Assembly (NCBI GenBank): GCA_049515895.1
Contig: JBEKTQ010000014.1
Coordinates: 1 to 64,000, forward strand
Source of the DNA: Candidatus Bathyarchaeia archaeon
Lineage (GTDB): Archaea; Thermoproteota; Bathyarchaeia; Bathyarchaeales; Bathycorpusculaceae
Length of the DNA: 64,000 bases
Reading direction: 5' to 3'
This document shows, piece by piece, positions 30,056-40,101 of this stretch. The position numbers were made by a program, and so were the translations under genes. Below the pieces are notes generated by a model. It had not been told where the DNA came from. It was given only the letters and a program-made list of their open reading frames with translations, and did not search any database. The first letter of the stretch is position 1. Each line of letters opens with the position of its first letter.

Positions 30056-31780
30056 TTATGTTTTGTCCTCGTTCAATATTCTCTTGGCATCTCGAATGTC
30101 AATTTTAGCGTGATGCCCGTGTTTTTCTAGCAACGATAACAAGTTCGAACCATTCAAAAGAGTTATTGGTTTGCCTTTTGCAAAATTGTATGAATCTGAC
30201 CCATAATCTGAAGTAGTTACTAGTATGCCTTTTGTCGCGCCTTCATTCATAACAGTGCCAAATAGGTCTCTTACTGCTGAGACACCGACAGTATTGGTGT
30301 ATCTTTTTGCTTGAATAACAATTTTGCCCCCCCTAATCGGGTCTGGGTCAAACGCCACAGCATCAACGCCCCCATCTCTACTGGCTTGGGTAATTTTTAC
30401 TTCTCCGCCATTGGCTTGAAATTCTTTTTCAAATAGTTCTCTAATTAAGTTCTCAAAATCTTCCCAATCCATTGCTGCAAGATTTGTTGAATTATCTATT
30501 TTGTTTTCGACTTCGTAGCTATCGACAAATCTATGGTCCTCTCTGCTCATTTGTAAAATTGGTTGAACAGGAGTTAATGTGCTTAATTTACTAGCTGCAA
30601 CCCCTTTTAAGGTCTTAAAGCACGTTTTAGGATCGACGTTTTTCAAGTCAATGTTCATGAACTCTTCCTTTTTAGCCTGTATACTCAAAATGCAGTTGTT
30701 TTCCTCTTTACCCGTAGCTTTATTTATAGAGTTTACCCAACCGTTAAACGAGATAGCATCGATGACGTTTATTACGTCCGATTCAAAAAGTTCATGTATT
30801 GTCCTAAGAGTTATTTTATAGATGATTTCATCGTACATTTTGTTTATCTGGTTGTCGGGAATCAGAGTCTCTTTGAGTTCTTTTCTTGCTGCTATGTACT
30901 TTACCTCTTTTAGCGCTGGAACATCACTTTGAGAAGGAAGTTCATATTCTATAATTAGCATTTTGTTCTCTGGATTATACTCAACTTCAAAGTTGCTTGG
31001 AAAAGATTCGGGGTATTTGGAGTTATTTAAGACCATATCAAAATATTCATAGATTGAACCAGGATCTTTGGATAGGTATTTTTGCTTTTGCAGGTCAATG
31101 CCAGCGTTAAACTCTTCTTGTTTTTTTAGAAATGCCTTCTTTCGTTCTTCCCATTGAGAAACGTCATTTTCCCAAGTTTTAAGCTGTTTTTCATAATCCA
31201 AATCTAATTCTAGGTTATATTGATCAACAGACGCTTTTTCTTTTTCCCAGTTTGATAAAGCTGTTGAATATCTTGTCTCAAATTCTTTAATTTTCAGTTC
31301 CATTTTTGATTTAAACATCTTTTCAGTAAAAGAAAATGTCGGCTCTTCTTCCACAGGTTTGTTTGGGTATGTTTTTTTGACTTGTCGGCATGGTTTGATT
31401 GGCATTGGTTCTGTATAATGTTCTTTCTTTTTCAATTTTTCCCAGTTTACCGCATTGTTAATTGACAGTGAATCAAGAAGAATATTTTCGACGGTATTTT
31501 GTGCATTAACTGCATCCTGCGTCCTTTTAATTGCCTCATCTATGTTGGCTTCTTTTTCTTGATTGACTTCGCGTCGACAAGAAACTATATCCCATTTTTC
31601 TCGCCATTTAGCCTTCTGAATGTTAATTTTATTCTCAAGCATGTATTGATCAGGGGCGGAAATTATCTTATGCTCATTCAGTCCTTCATGAGACATCTCT
31701 ACGAAATAACTCAAAACACGGTTTCCAGAGGCGCTAATACGTTGTCGTTTATACCCCACTTTAATTTGATCATCAGCCAT
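30056..31780 (-). CDS. mrr: Mrr-family type IV restriction endonuclease with long coiled N-terminus
   Basis: DFENLIRELF..SRDGGVD..IQAKRY..GILVTTS. Confidence 0.85.
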   Translation of the reverse strand: MADDQIKVGYKRQRISASGNRVLSYFVEMSHEGLNEHKIISAPDQYMLENKINIQKAKWREKWDIVSCRREVNQEKEANIDEAIKRTQDAVNAQNTVENILLDSLSINNAVNWEKLKKKEHYTEPMPIKPCRQVKKTYPNKPVEEEPTFSFTEKMFKSKMELKIKEFETRYSTALSNWEKEKASVDQYNLELDLDYEKQLKTWENDVSQWEERKKAFLKKQEEFNAGIDLQKQKYLSKDPGSIYEYFDMVLNNSKYPESFPSNFEVEYNPENKMLIIEYELPSQSDVPALKEVKYIAARKELKETLIPDNQINKMYDEIIYKITLRTIHELFESDVINVIDAISFNGWVNSINKATGKEENNCILSIQAKKEEFMNIDLKNVDPKTCFKTLKGVAASKLSTLTPVQPILQMSREDHRFVDSYEVENKIDNSTNLAAMDWEDFENLIRELFEKEFQANGGEVKITQASRDGGVDAVAFDPDPIRGGKIVIQAKRYTNTVGVSAVRDLFGTVMNEGATKGILVTTSDYGSDSYNFAKGKPITLLNGSNLLSLLEKHGHHAKIDIRDAKRILNEDKT

Positions 31781-31908
31781 TTACGATCCCTGGTACCCCT
31801 AATTTTGAATTTTTGGTTTCACAGAATGTTATAGGTTTTTAATATAAAAGATTATGTAAGAAACCCATTATAGGCTTTTTTCACCATATTTGTTAAGATA
31901 TGAATTTC

Positions 31909-32649
31909 TCATGAGATCTTGTTTTCGCACTCTTCGAATCTACAGCTTTTGCATTTCTTGATATTACAATGATGGAAAGGTGCAAATTTACCCAAAGCCA
32001 ACAAAGCAAATCTATTGATCTTTTCCTTCAAGAAATTTTCTGCCTCCTCAGTTTGGACGCCTTGAAAAACTCTCAGACTCTCCATAGTTGCCTTATCTTT
32101 TATGTTGATGATCCAAGCTTTCTTCTCACACGGTATATCAAAACAAACCTTTGGGCTAAAAGGGAAGCTCTCACTAAACCGGGAGTTCAAATAAAGTAGA
32201 GTCTGAAGCTTTTGCGTATCATACGGCTCAAAAGTGTCTTGATACTTCTCTTTATTGGCAGGATATTTCGAATCTTCAACAATCAACGTTCCTTTGCTTC
32301 GCAGGACTTTGTCAGCCCTACCTAAAAGCAAAAGCGAAAGCTTCTCGTTTCCGAAAGATAATTCTCTCTGAAAACGAGTGTATAACCCCTCGCGAGCAAA
32401 CTCGATATCCCTCGTAAAATCTTCAAGTTCTTCAATGGTGACTGGCTTAAAGGTAAAATGCTCTTTCTCAAGCACTTCTTCTTTTTCATGCGATTTAGTG
32501 CCATCAATGATTATCTGTGTCTCAGGTGGCTTGATTCCTTTTAAGAAATGTGTTATGCTGACTTCGCAGTAACCCATGGACGCACAAAAATCAGAAACGG
32601 ATGCAGTTATTAGCGGGCTTCCATCTCGGGTTTGCTTTATCTTAATCAT
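31909..32649 (-). CDS. solo Cas4/exonuclease-V-like PD-(D/E)xK nuclease with Fe-S-type Cys cluster
   Basis: N-terminal YCE; H; GRAD..VEDSK; QxxxY; C-terminal CKSCRFEEC. Confidence 0.7.
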   Translation of the reverse strand: MIKIKQTRDGSPLITASVSDFCASMGYCEVSITHFLKGIKPPETQIIIDGTKSHEKEEVLEKEHFTFKPVTIEELEDFTRDIEFAREGLYTRFQRELSFGNEKLSLLLLGRADKVLRSKGTLIVEDSKYPANKEKYQDTFEPYDTQKLQTLLYLNSRFSESFPFSPKVCFDIPCEKKAWIINIKDKATMESLRVFQGVQTEEAENFLKEKINRFALLALGKFAPFHHCNIKKCKSCRFEECENKIS

Positions 32650-32788
32650 AATCTAAATCAATCAAGATAGCGCTTAAAAAGCAAACGACTTTGTCATTCA
32701 GGCATTTTTAGATTTTCCTCGTTCGATTGGTGAACAAGAAAAAACTACGAGATGTCGTTAGTTTAAGGTTTCAGTTTGGTATTTGGTT

Positions 32789-34255
32789 TTAGAGTTTGAA
32801 GGTTGCACCTGGTTCCTTTAACAGATAGACGTTTTTTGACCATTTTGTGTATGCTTGAGCATTTTCTGTATGAATCGGAATAACAGTTTTTGGGCTAACT
32901 TGTTCAACAAACTCCTTAAGCTGATTTGCCGAAGCATGCCCTGAAACATGAGTTGAGGTTATGCCCAATCCAAAATGGTTTATCCAGTTTTGGATTCTCT
33001 CCCAATCAATTTCCATTTCCGCATCAAAAGGCTCACAAACCGATTTAATGTAAACCGATCCCTCAATGGGGTCAATGTCGATTAGCTCCTTAAGATCAAA
33101 GTTGGTACAGAACATTAAGTAGTCTTTTTGGTTGGCTTTGATGTCTTTATAGCAGATAGAACGGTCGAGGTATGGTCGTTCCCATGTGTCGTAATCTTGG
33201 TTGCGTATCTTCAGGTCACACTTGCTGCTGCCTATGAGTCCCCAACTTTTCCTGTTAGCATAAAACGTAATGTTCCCATCGTCCAATTTAGGTGCTAATG
33301 TGTCTGAGCATTTAGAAAGTTGGTCGAGCAAATATGCTTGCTTGAGAGAAATTGCGAGCTTCTTATCCATTTTCTTAGCTGCGTTTAGGAAGGAGAGCAT
33401 TCGATCCGTGTCTCTAACAGACCAATTACAGACTGAAATCCCTTTTGCACCATTAGAAATGTTACAGATCTCATCTTCCACGTCTGCTTCTTTTTTTGAC
33501 GACTCCTCATCAACTCTTGTTCCTTCTATAACCAATAAATCGGGTCTAGCATCTTTGCAGGCATACATAAATTCAGTAGTTTCCTTTTCTCTGCGTCCAT
33601 GAAATCTAAAATCACCTGTGTAGACAACGGTACCTGACGAAGTGTGAATAATGTACCCAGTTGCTCCTGAAAGTGAGTGGTCAACTCGATAAGGTTCAAT
33701 GGTCAGATGCTTTATTTTGAAGGGTTTGCCAAATTCGAACGTTTGATAGTTTCGGTCAACTTTTAGGTCTTCGTGAGATTGAGTAGTCTTACGGCTTAAC
33801 TCACCTTTCTTGTTAACGTACGTTTCAAAGCACCGGGTCAAATCCGTTATATCGTTGAAGCTTCCTGCGCCTGTATCATTCATCGCCTTAAGAATACGGT
33901 AACTTTCTTGCGAGCAGAAAATGGGCAAATCCTCCCGAAGGTGGTTTATGTAAGAAGCATGGTCCGCATGGGCATGCGATAAAAGCATCCCATCAAAACC
34001 CAGCGACTCATGAGGACGCTCCATATGCTTAAGAAAATCTTCTCTGTAGAGTCCTTTAAGATCTGGAATAAGATTGAACTCGATAAAGTCGCCTAGGCCG
34101 TTGCATTTTCTGGGCTGCAAGAACTCCGAAAAATATTTGTTTGCCTGACTAAAACTCATTCCAAAATCCAAAAAAATCTTTGTGTCTCCGTCTTCAAGCA
34201 GAATCTTGTTACCGCCGATCTCGTTAACTCCGCCGTAAAACGTCAGCTCAACCAT
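32789..34255 (-). CDS. MBL-fold beta-CASP ribonuclease (RNase J/aCPSF2-like)
   Basis: GGVNEIGGN, LDFG, SHAHADH, VDHS, YTGD, HVSGHA, PIHTE. Confidence 0.9.
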   Translation of the reverse strand: MVELTFYGGVNEIGGNKILLEDGDTKIFLDFGMSFSQANKYFSEFLQPRKCNGLGDFIEFNLIPDLKGLYREDFLKHMERPHESLGFDGMLLSHAHADHASYINHLREDLPIFCSQESYRILKAMNDTGAGSFNDITDLTRCFETYVNKKGELSRKTTQSHEDLKVDRNYQTFEFGKPFKIKHLTIEPYRVDHSLSGATGYIIHTSSGTVVYTGDFRFHGRREKETTEFMYACKDARPDLLVIEGTRVDEESSKKEADVEDEICNISNGAKGISVCNWSVRDTDRMLSFLNAAKKMDKKLAISLKQAYLLDQLSKCSDTLAPKLDDGNITFYANRKSWGLIGSSKCDLKIRNQDYDTWERPYLDRSICYKDIKANQKDYLMFCTNFDLKELIDIDPIEGSVYIKSVCEPFDAEMEIDWERIQNWINHFGLGITSTHVSGHASANQLKEFVEQVSPKTVIPIHTENAQAYTKWSKNVYLLKEPGATFKL

Positions 34256-34541
34256 AATCGCTCGCTTCTACCGAACACATTAGTTTGAAGTCTTAATAGA
34301 AGCTTCTGAATTCCGGGCCTAGATTTTATAAGTTCTAACCTTAAACGCTGTAGGCCTCTAATGGATTTGCACTGAATCGGAGTCGGAACTATCATTTTAA
34401 GATCACTAACTTCCTCTAAAAATATAGAAAAAGCGCGCACGAGTGCCATGACTCAAGCTATGCTTGACGGTTTCGCAAATGTTTGCTAATGAATATATAG
34501 TAAATTTCTTAAACGAATTTGCCAAATAGTATTGGTGATGT

Positions 34542-36386
34542 TTGGTGTCTGTTCCAAAAGGTATTCATGGAATCGCAAAGAATGTTTTTGAACTATTAAT
34601 GAACAAAAAATACAAACTTGACTATTACCAAAGAGAATATACTTGGGAGACTTCGAACATAATCGAGCTCTTGGAAGATCTTACTTCCAAATTCTTTGTA
34701 GCTTTTGACAAGAATGATAATCGCGAAGACGTTAAGAAATATCCTACTTACTTTCTTGGTTCAATAGTAATTAATGAAAAAGAGAGCGGTAATTTCATAA
34801 TTGATGGGCAGCAACGTCTTACATCCTTAACTCTCCTTTTAATGTACCTTAATAATTTGCAGCAAAACATTCCAGAAAAAGTCAGTTTAGACTATTTGAT
34901 TTTTTCAGAATCATTCGGAAAGAAATCATTCAACCTTGAAGTAGATGAAAGAGACGCATGCATGGCCGCTCTTTACAAAAACAGTATTTTGGATGTGACA
35001 AACGCTAACGAATCGGTTAAGAACCTTTATGCACGTTACCAAGACATCAAAGAAAATTTTCCTGAAGATTTGGAAAATAACAGTCTACCCTTTTTCATCG
35101 ATTGGTTGTTAAACAGAGTTGAAATGGTTGAAATTAGAGCATTCAGCGACGAAGATGCATACACTATTTTTGAGACAATGAACGATCGTGGTGTCACACT
35201 AAACCCAACTGATATGCTAAAAGGGTACCTTCTAACGAATATGCATCCAGACAGCAGGTTGGCTGCAAATCAATTATGGCGAAGCCAAGTGGGCGACCTA
35301 ATAAAAATAGACAAAAATGAGGAAACTAATTTCTTTAAGGTGTGGCTGAGAGCAAAATATGCTCAGTCTATACGGGAGAGAAAAAGAGGCGCGATTAACC
35401 AAGATTGGGAGAACATTAACTCTTATCATCGATGGTTACGTCATGAATCCAAAGAATTGAAGCTTGAGAACCCAAACGATTTCTCAAATATTGTGACCTG
35501 TAATTTTAAATTCTTCTCCACTCAGCATATTAGAAATCTCATAGCTTCTGTCATGCTGAGCGAAGGAATGGAATACGTTTATTATAATGCCAGCAATGAA
35601 TTTACGCTTCAATACCCTTTATTGCTTGCACCTCTCAAAACTGCTGATGACAACAATGTTATCGACAAAAAAATCAGGCTCGTGGCTGGATATATTGACA
35701 TATTTATAGCCAGAAGAGTTTGGAATCAAAGAACACTCGGCTACTCTTCAATTGTCTACACTATGTTCAACTTAATGAAGGAGATAAGGGACAAGACTGT
35801 TGAGGAACTCGTAAGTATTCTTACAATGAAGGTTCAACAAATGGAAGAAACCTTCGAGTCTTACCCTGCATTTTCCTTGAACCAGCAAAATCGTAGATAC
35901 ATCCATCGTTTGTTGGCTAGAATTACACAACATATCGAGGAGCAAAGTGGAATTCCATCGCGCTATGAAGATTACATTTCAAGTGAAATAGCCAAACCCT
36001 TTGAAATCGAACACATATGGGCTAAGAAATTTGATTACCATACAGATGAATTTGATAATGATTACGAATTTCAGGAATACAGAAATCGTATAGGCGGATT
36101 ACTTTTAGTTCAAAGAGGTTTTAACCAAAGTTATGGAGAACTGCCGTACGTAGATAAGTTACCCCTCTATTTTGGTCAAAACCTTCTAGCAAAAAGCCTG
36201 AACCCAAATTGTTACAAATCAAATCCTAGCTTTGAAACTTACATCAAAGCGAGTGGCTTGCAGTTTCAGGCTCATCAAAATTTCAAAAAAAGCGATCTTG
36301 AACAGCGGATGATGCTTTACAAAGAAATTTGCAAGGAAATCTGGAACCCAAATAGGTTCGCGGCAGAATTAATGGGTACCGTCTAG
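34542..36386 (+). CDS. DUF262 + DUF1524 (GmrSD/SspE-like) modification-dependent nuclease
   Basis: YQREYTW, IDGQQRLT, FETMNDRG; C-terminal EHIW..GGLLLV..N. Confidence 0.9.
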   Translation: MVSVPKGIHGIAKNVFELLMNKKYKLDYYQREYTWETSNIIELLEDLTSKFFVAFDKNDNREDVKKYPTYFLGSIVINEKESGNFIIDGQQRLTSLTLLLMYLNNLQQNIPEKVSLDYLIFSESFGKKSFNLEVDERDACMAALYKNSILDVTNANESVKNLYARYQDIKENFPEDLENNSLPFFIDWLLNRVEMVEIRAFSDEDAYTIFETMNDRGVTLNPTDMLKGYLLTNMHPDSRLAANQLWRSQVGDLIKIDKNEETNFFKVWLRAKYAQSIRERKRGAINQDWENINSYHRWLRHESKELKLENPNDFSNIVTCNFKFFSTQHIRNLIASVMLSEGMEYVYYNASNEFTLQYPLLLAPLKTADDNNVIDKKIRLVAGYIDIFIARRVWNQRTLGYSSIVYTMFNLMKEIRDKTVEELVSILTMKVQQMEETFESYPAFSLNQQNRRYIHRLLARITQHIEEQSGIPSRYEDYISSEIAKPFEIEHIWAKKFDYHTDEFDNDYEFQEYRNRIGGLLLVQRGFNQSYGELPYVDKLPLYFGQNLLAKSLNPNCYKSNPSFETYIKASGLQFQAHQNFKKSDLEQRMMLYKEICKEIWNPNRFAAELMGTV

Positions 36387-36399
36387 AAGTTCCATAGGG

Positions 36400-37545
36400 A
36401 TGAATCAAATAACTGACAACTCTTTTGAGTTGAGCATGCGACAGAACCAAAATCAGCTTGAGTGCAAACTAACAAAAACCCCTTGCATATCTATGACTGT
36501 AGCTTCAAAGGAATTCTTCCTAGAACAAAAAACACTTTCAAGCATAATAGATTCCTACAGCACCGTTGCTAAGCTGGTTGGAAAAAAGAAGACAAGAAAT
36601 ATAGATTTTTTTGAAGCTCTATCGATTTTGGGCGCTGAAATCGGCTTTGGGATCGCAAATATTTTTGAACATTTTGGATTAATGTACACCAAAAGGCGTA
36701 TCAACCTAACACTAAAACTGGATGATTGGACTCGAAGAATCCCATGGGAACTAGCCATGGTCCCAGATTACCCAGAACAACTGCTCTGCGAAAGATTCAA
36801 TATTGGAAGAGCAATGGATGTTGAATGTAAAAATCAATGGGAAACAGCTCCTAACACGAAAACAAGTAAACGGAGTTTAAAATCATTAGTTGTCGGACTA
36901 AATTACACGAAGAATTCAATATACACTCCATTAGATCGGTCAGAAGAAGATGCTAAAGCAGTACACGAATACTTGACAAAATTCTCAAAAAGCAAGAATG
37001 GAAGAGACTTGGAAGTTCTTCCAAAACTAATAGGTGGAAACGCAAGAAAAGAGACATTGGAAAAACGGTTAAAAGAAGGAATAACTATGTTTCATTTTTC
37101 TGGGCATGGAGAACTTTACAGAAATATTGGCAAAATAATTCTAGCTAATGATAAACAATTAACAACTAAGGAACTCAGTTGCATATTCTATAACAATCAA
37201 ACTAGGGCACCGACATTTTCTTTCATGAACGCATGCGAGACCTGCCTTCAAAAAAATGGTGAATCGGACATCCATGATTGGGCCCTCGCAATGGCTACAT
37301 ATGGCGCTAGGGCTCTAATCGGTACTTTTTGGAGCGTTATGGATGAAGATGCAACCGATTTTTCATTAGCATTCTATAGGTATTTCTTGAAGGAAGGAAA
37401 GACGATAGGCGATTCTGTACGGAGAGCAAGACTCTTTGTTAAGGATAAGAAAACTGAAGGAAACGATTTAGACCCCATGGTCACTTGGTCCGCATTCGTG
37501 CTGTATGGTCCTCCTATGTTAAAAGCAAGAGATATTTTGGTATAA
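36400..37545 (+). CDS. CHAT (caspase-like) domain protein
   Basis: IPWEL, FHFSGHG (His), MNACET (Cys), W..FVLYG. Confidence 0.85.
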   Translation: MNQITDNSFELSMRQNQNQLECKLTKTPCISMTVASKEFFLEQKTLSSIIDSYSTVAKLVGKKKTRNIDFFEALSILGAEIGFGIANIFEHFGLMYTKRRINLTLKLDDWTRRIPWELAMVPDYPEQLLCERFNIGRAMDVECKNQWETAPNTKTSKRSLKSLVVGLNYTKNSIYTPLDRSEEDAKAVHEYLTKFSKSKNGRDLEVLPKLIGGNARKETLEKRLKEGITMFHFSGHGELYRNIGKIILANDKQLTTKELSCIFYNNQTRAPTFSFMNACETCLQKNGESDIHDWALAMATYGARALIGTFWSVMDEDATDFSLAFYRYFLKEGKTIGDSVRRARLFVKDKKTEGNDLDPMVTWSAFVLYGPPMLKARDILV

Positions 37546-37728
37546 AGTAAGTTCTGTTCGTAAAAGATAAAATTCCCAAGCACGGCGCGCCGCGCTAAAA
37601 TGTAGAGGTTTTTGGGCTAAGGAACAAATTTCATCGTACGTTTGCCTAACCATCCAAAGAGCTAAACGGAGTGCGCTGCCGCAATCCCTACAAAAACATA
37701 TATACTATTAGCCTGAAACCTCGTTGCT

Positions 37729-38844
37729 ATGACAATAATTGTCGCAGTGAAGTTCTCCAACGGAGTAGTTGTTGCAACAGATAGTAGGTCCATTTATGGA
37801 GAAGCACAATATGTACGAGACACGGAAAGAAAGATAGATACCTTAAACGATAAAGTTGCCGTCACTTCTTCAGGAATCAGGGCAGCGTCTAATAGAATAT
37901 TCAAAGAGCTTAGATCTTATGTGGAAGCAAATGAGAATCTAACTTTTGACGAAATTGTTAGTGAATGTGAAGATCTCATGAGGAACTTTTATAAAAGGTA
38001 CAGTGGTCGTCTGAAGGAAGAGTTAGAGGACGGTTGGAGTTTTGAGCTGTTTTCCTCGGAAAGAATGGTTATTATTGAATCTGATGGAGTTGCTGACGAA
38101 GAAGAAAGTTATCTTTGTGATGGAAGTGGTACTCCCTATGCTGAGTACATTCTGCGACAGCGTTACAAGCCAGATCTTACAGAACAAGAATGCAAAGAAC
38201 TTGCCTGCTATGTTGTTCTTCAAACATCTCTGATAGACCCTAATGTCGGAGGACCCGTAAATCTGTGCGTTCTAAAAGAAATAGGTCTTAAGCACTTAAC
38301 ACGCCCTGAAATAGACGAGATTGTCGAGAATATCAAAGAAACTCCTATAGAACAACAAATAAAAATTCAAAGTTTAGTTGAGGAAATTGTTGAGGAAAGA
38401 CGATGGATTAATGACTTGTTTAAAAACAAATTCAAGACAGCCTTATTCAAACAGGATGAATACGCCATTTCGCAGATTCAAAAAACTTGCAAAAACGAAA
38501 ACGATTTTACCAACAGAATATCGGCGCTAGCGGTATTGATAGACCGAACGGAATCATTAGATGTTGATGACAGACTTGGAGAAAAAAACAAGGCTTCCAT
38601 CAATCGGTTGCAAGTCTTCGCAGATAAAAATATGCCCAAGCTAAATCCTGAGTGTATTAAAAATCTAAGAGAAATCTACACGCTTAGAAGCCACAAGATG
38701 CCAATTCACGAAGATGATCCAAGATTAATGCAGATACTCCTTCAATGGGAATACAAGATACCACCTAACTGGGGAAATCTTTGGGAGAAAGCTCTCACAA
38801 AATATCGGGACAGCCTAAAGATGTTGAAAGCAGCTGTTCAGTGA
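37729..38844 (+). CDS. proteasome beta-like Ntn hydrolase fused to a helical HEPN-like C-terminal domain
   Basis: Thr1 after Met, Asp17 (ATDSR), Lys34, GSG, D..VGG; C-terminal LRSHKMPIH. Confidence 0.75.
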   Translation: MTIIVAVKFSNGVVVATDSRSIYGEAQYVRDTERKIDTLNDKVAVTSSGIRAASNRIFKELRSYVEANENLTFDEIVSECEDLMRNFYKRYSGRLKEELEDGWSFELFSSERMVIIESDGVADEEESYLCDGSGTPYAEYILRQRYKPDLTEQECKELACYVVLQTSLIDPNVGGPVNLCVLKEIGLKHLTRPEIDEIVENIKETPIEQQIKIQSLVEEIVEERRWINDLFKNKFKTALFKQDEYAISQIQKTCKNENDFTNRISALAVLIDRTESLDVDDRLGEKNKASINRLQVFADKNMPKLNPECIKNLREIYTLRSHKMPIHEDDPRLMQILLQWEYKIPPNWGNLWEKALTKYRDSLKMLKAAVQ

Positions 38845-39006
38845 GTCTTGTCTTTATATGATACATAATTTTTCAAGGATGAAAAAATCGACTGCAAGAA
38901 ATGCATTAAAATGATTTATTTCCGCAGAATTTTAGCATCCGGAGGCGACCGTTTACAGTAAAGCTAAAGAGATCCAACCGAATAAGTTATAGGCCAGTGG
39001 GATCTC

Positions 39007-40101
39007 TTGGCTAAAAAACATGTATTGCTCGTCGAACCTGACTATTATACTCAATTCCCGCCGCTAGGACTGCTAAAGCTTTCCACTTTTTATAAGAATC
39101 AAGGTTCAACTACAGAATTGATTCGTGGAACTAAGGATTGTAGCCGGGAACCTGATTTAATTTACATTACCAGTCTTTTCACGTGGTCTTGGGAACCAGT
39201 GTGGAAAGCAGTTAGATTCTACTCCACCTCATTTCCAAGTTCAGACCTATGGCTGGGTGGACTTTACGCTTCTTTGATGCCCGAGCATGCAGCACTAAGT
39301 GGAGTTCACACTGACCACGTTTTCAAAGGAATATTTCCTGAAGCTGAAAATCTTCGTCCAGATTATAGTCTTGTACCAGAATGGAATCAAAAGGAAAAAG
39401 CGAGTATTCTCTTCTCATCCAGAGGTTGCATAAGAAACTGTGGATTCTGCGCAGTTCCACAATTGGAAGGCAAAATAGTTACTAACAGCTCACAAATTAG
39501 TGATTTGCTTTATCCTGAACACACTAAGATCATATTATTTGACAACAATTTTTTGGCTTCTTCAAAATGGGAAAGCACTCTTGAGGAGATTAAGAGTCTC
39601 GATTTGAGAGTGGATTTCAATCAAGGTTTGGATGCTAGACTGATAACACCTTTAGTTGCTAAGAAATTGGCAAAGGTCAAAATTGACAAGGTAATTAGAT
39701 TGTCGTATGACAATTGCCAAACTGGAACAAATGTTGAGAAAGCAATTAAGCTTCTCAAATCTGAAGGAATTAATGGAAAAAGCATACTCGTGTACACGCT
39801 ATTCAATTTCACAGACGATCCACAGGACTTTTTTGAACGCATGAAAGATGTTCTCAAATGGGGCGCAGTCTGTTACCCGATGCGTTATGAGCCTTTGCGA
39901 ACACTTTTCAAAAACAAATATGTTTCTTCAAAATGGACAGCTAACGAACTTGAAGCAATTCAGAGAGCACGCAGAGTAATCGGTTTTGGAGGAGCTTTTG
40001 CACCTCATAAGGGCATGCTAAACGTAAAAGTGGAAAACTGTAACACTTTCGAAAAAGCTTTCAAGGAGTTTATGAATCCAGAGGCGAAGATAGAAGAATG
40101 A
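39007..40101 (+). CDS. radical SAM protein with B12-binding-like N-terminus
   Basis: SRGCIRNCGFC (CxxxCxxC); PPLGLLKL, GGLYASL; DNN; DFNQGLD. Confidence 0.85.
   Translation: MAKKHVLLVEPDYYTQFPPLGLLKLSTFYKNQGSTTELIRGTKDCSREPDLIYITSLFTWSWEPVWKAVRFYSTSFPSSDLWLGGLYASLMPEHAALSGVHTDHVFKGIFPEAENLRPDYSLVPEWNQKEKASILFSSRGCIRNCGFCAVPQLEGKIVTNSSQISDLLYPEHTKIILFDNNFLASSKWESTLEEIKSLDLRVDFNQGLDARLITPLVAKKLAKVKIDKVIRLSYDNCQTGTNVEKAIKLLKSEGINGKSILVYTLFNFTDDPQDFFERMKDVLKWGAVCYPMRYEPLRTLFKNKYVSSKWTANELEAIQRARRVIGFGGAFAPHKGMLNVKVENCNTFEKAFKEFMNPEAKIEE

Noticed and set aside
31909-32649. CRISPR-Cas locus implied by the Cas4-like gene
   Set aside because: No repeat-spacer array and no cas1/cas2 seen anywhere in the window
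37729-38844. Housekeeping proteasome beta subunit psmB
   Set aside because: Too divergent, no propeptide, large C-terminal fusion, defence-island context
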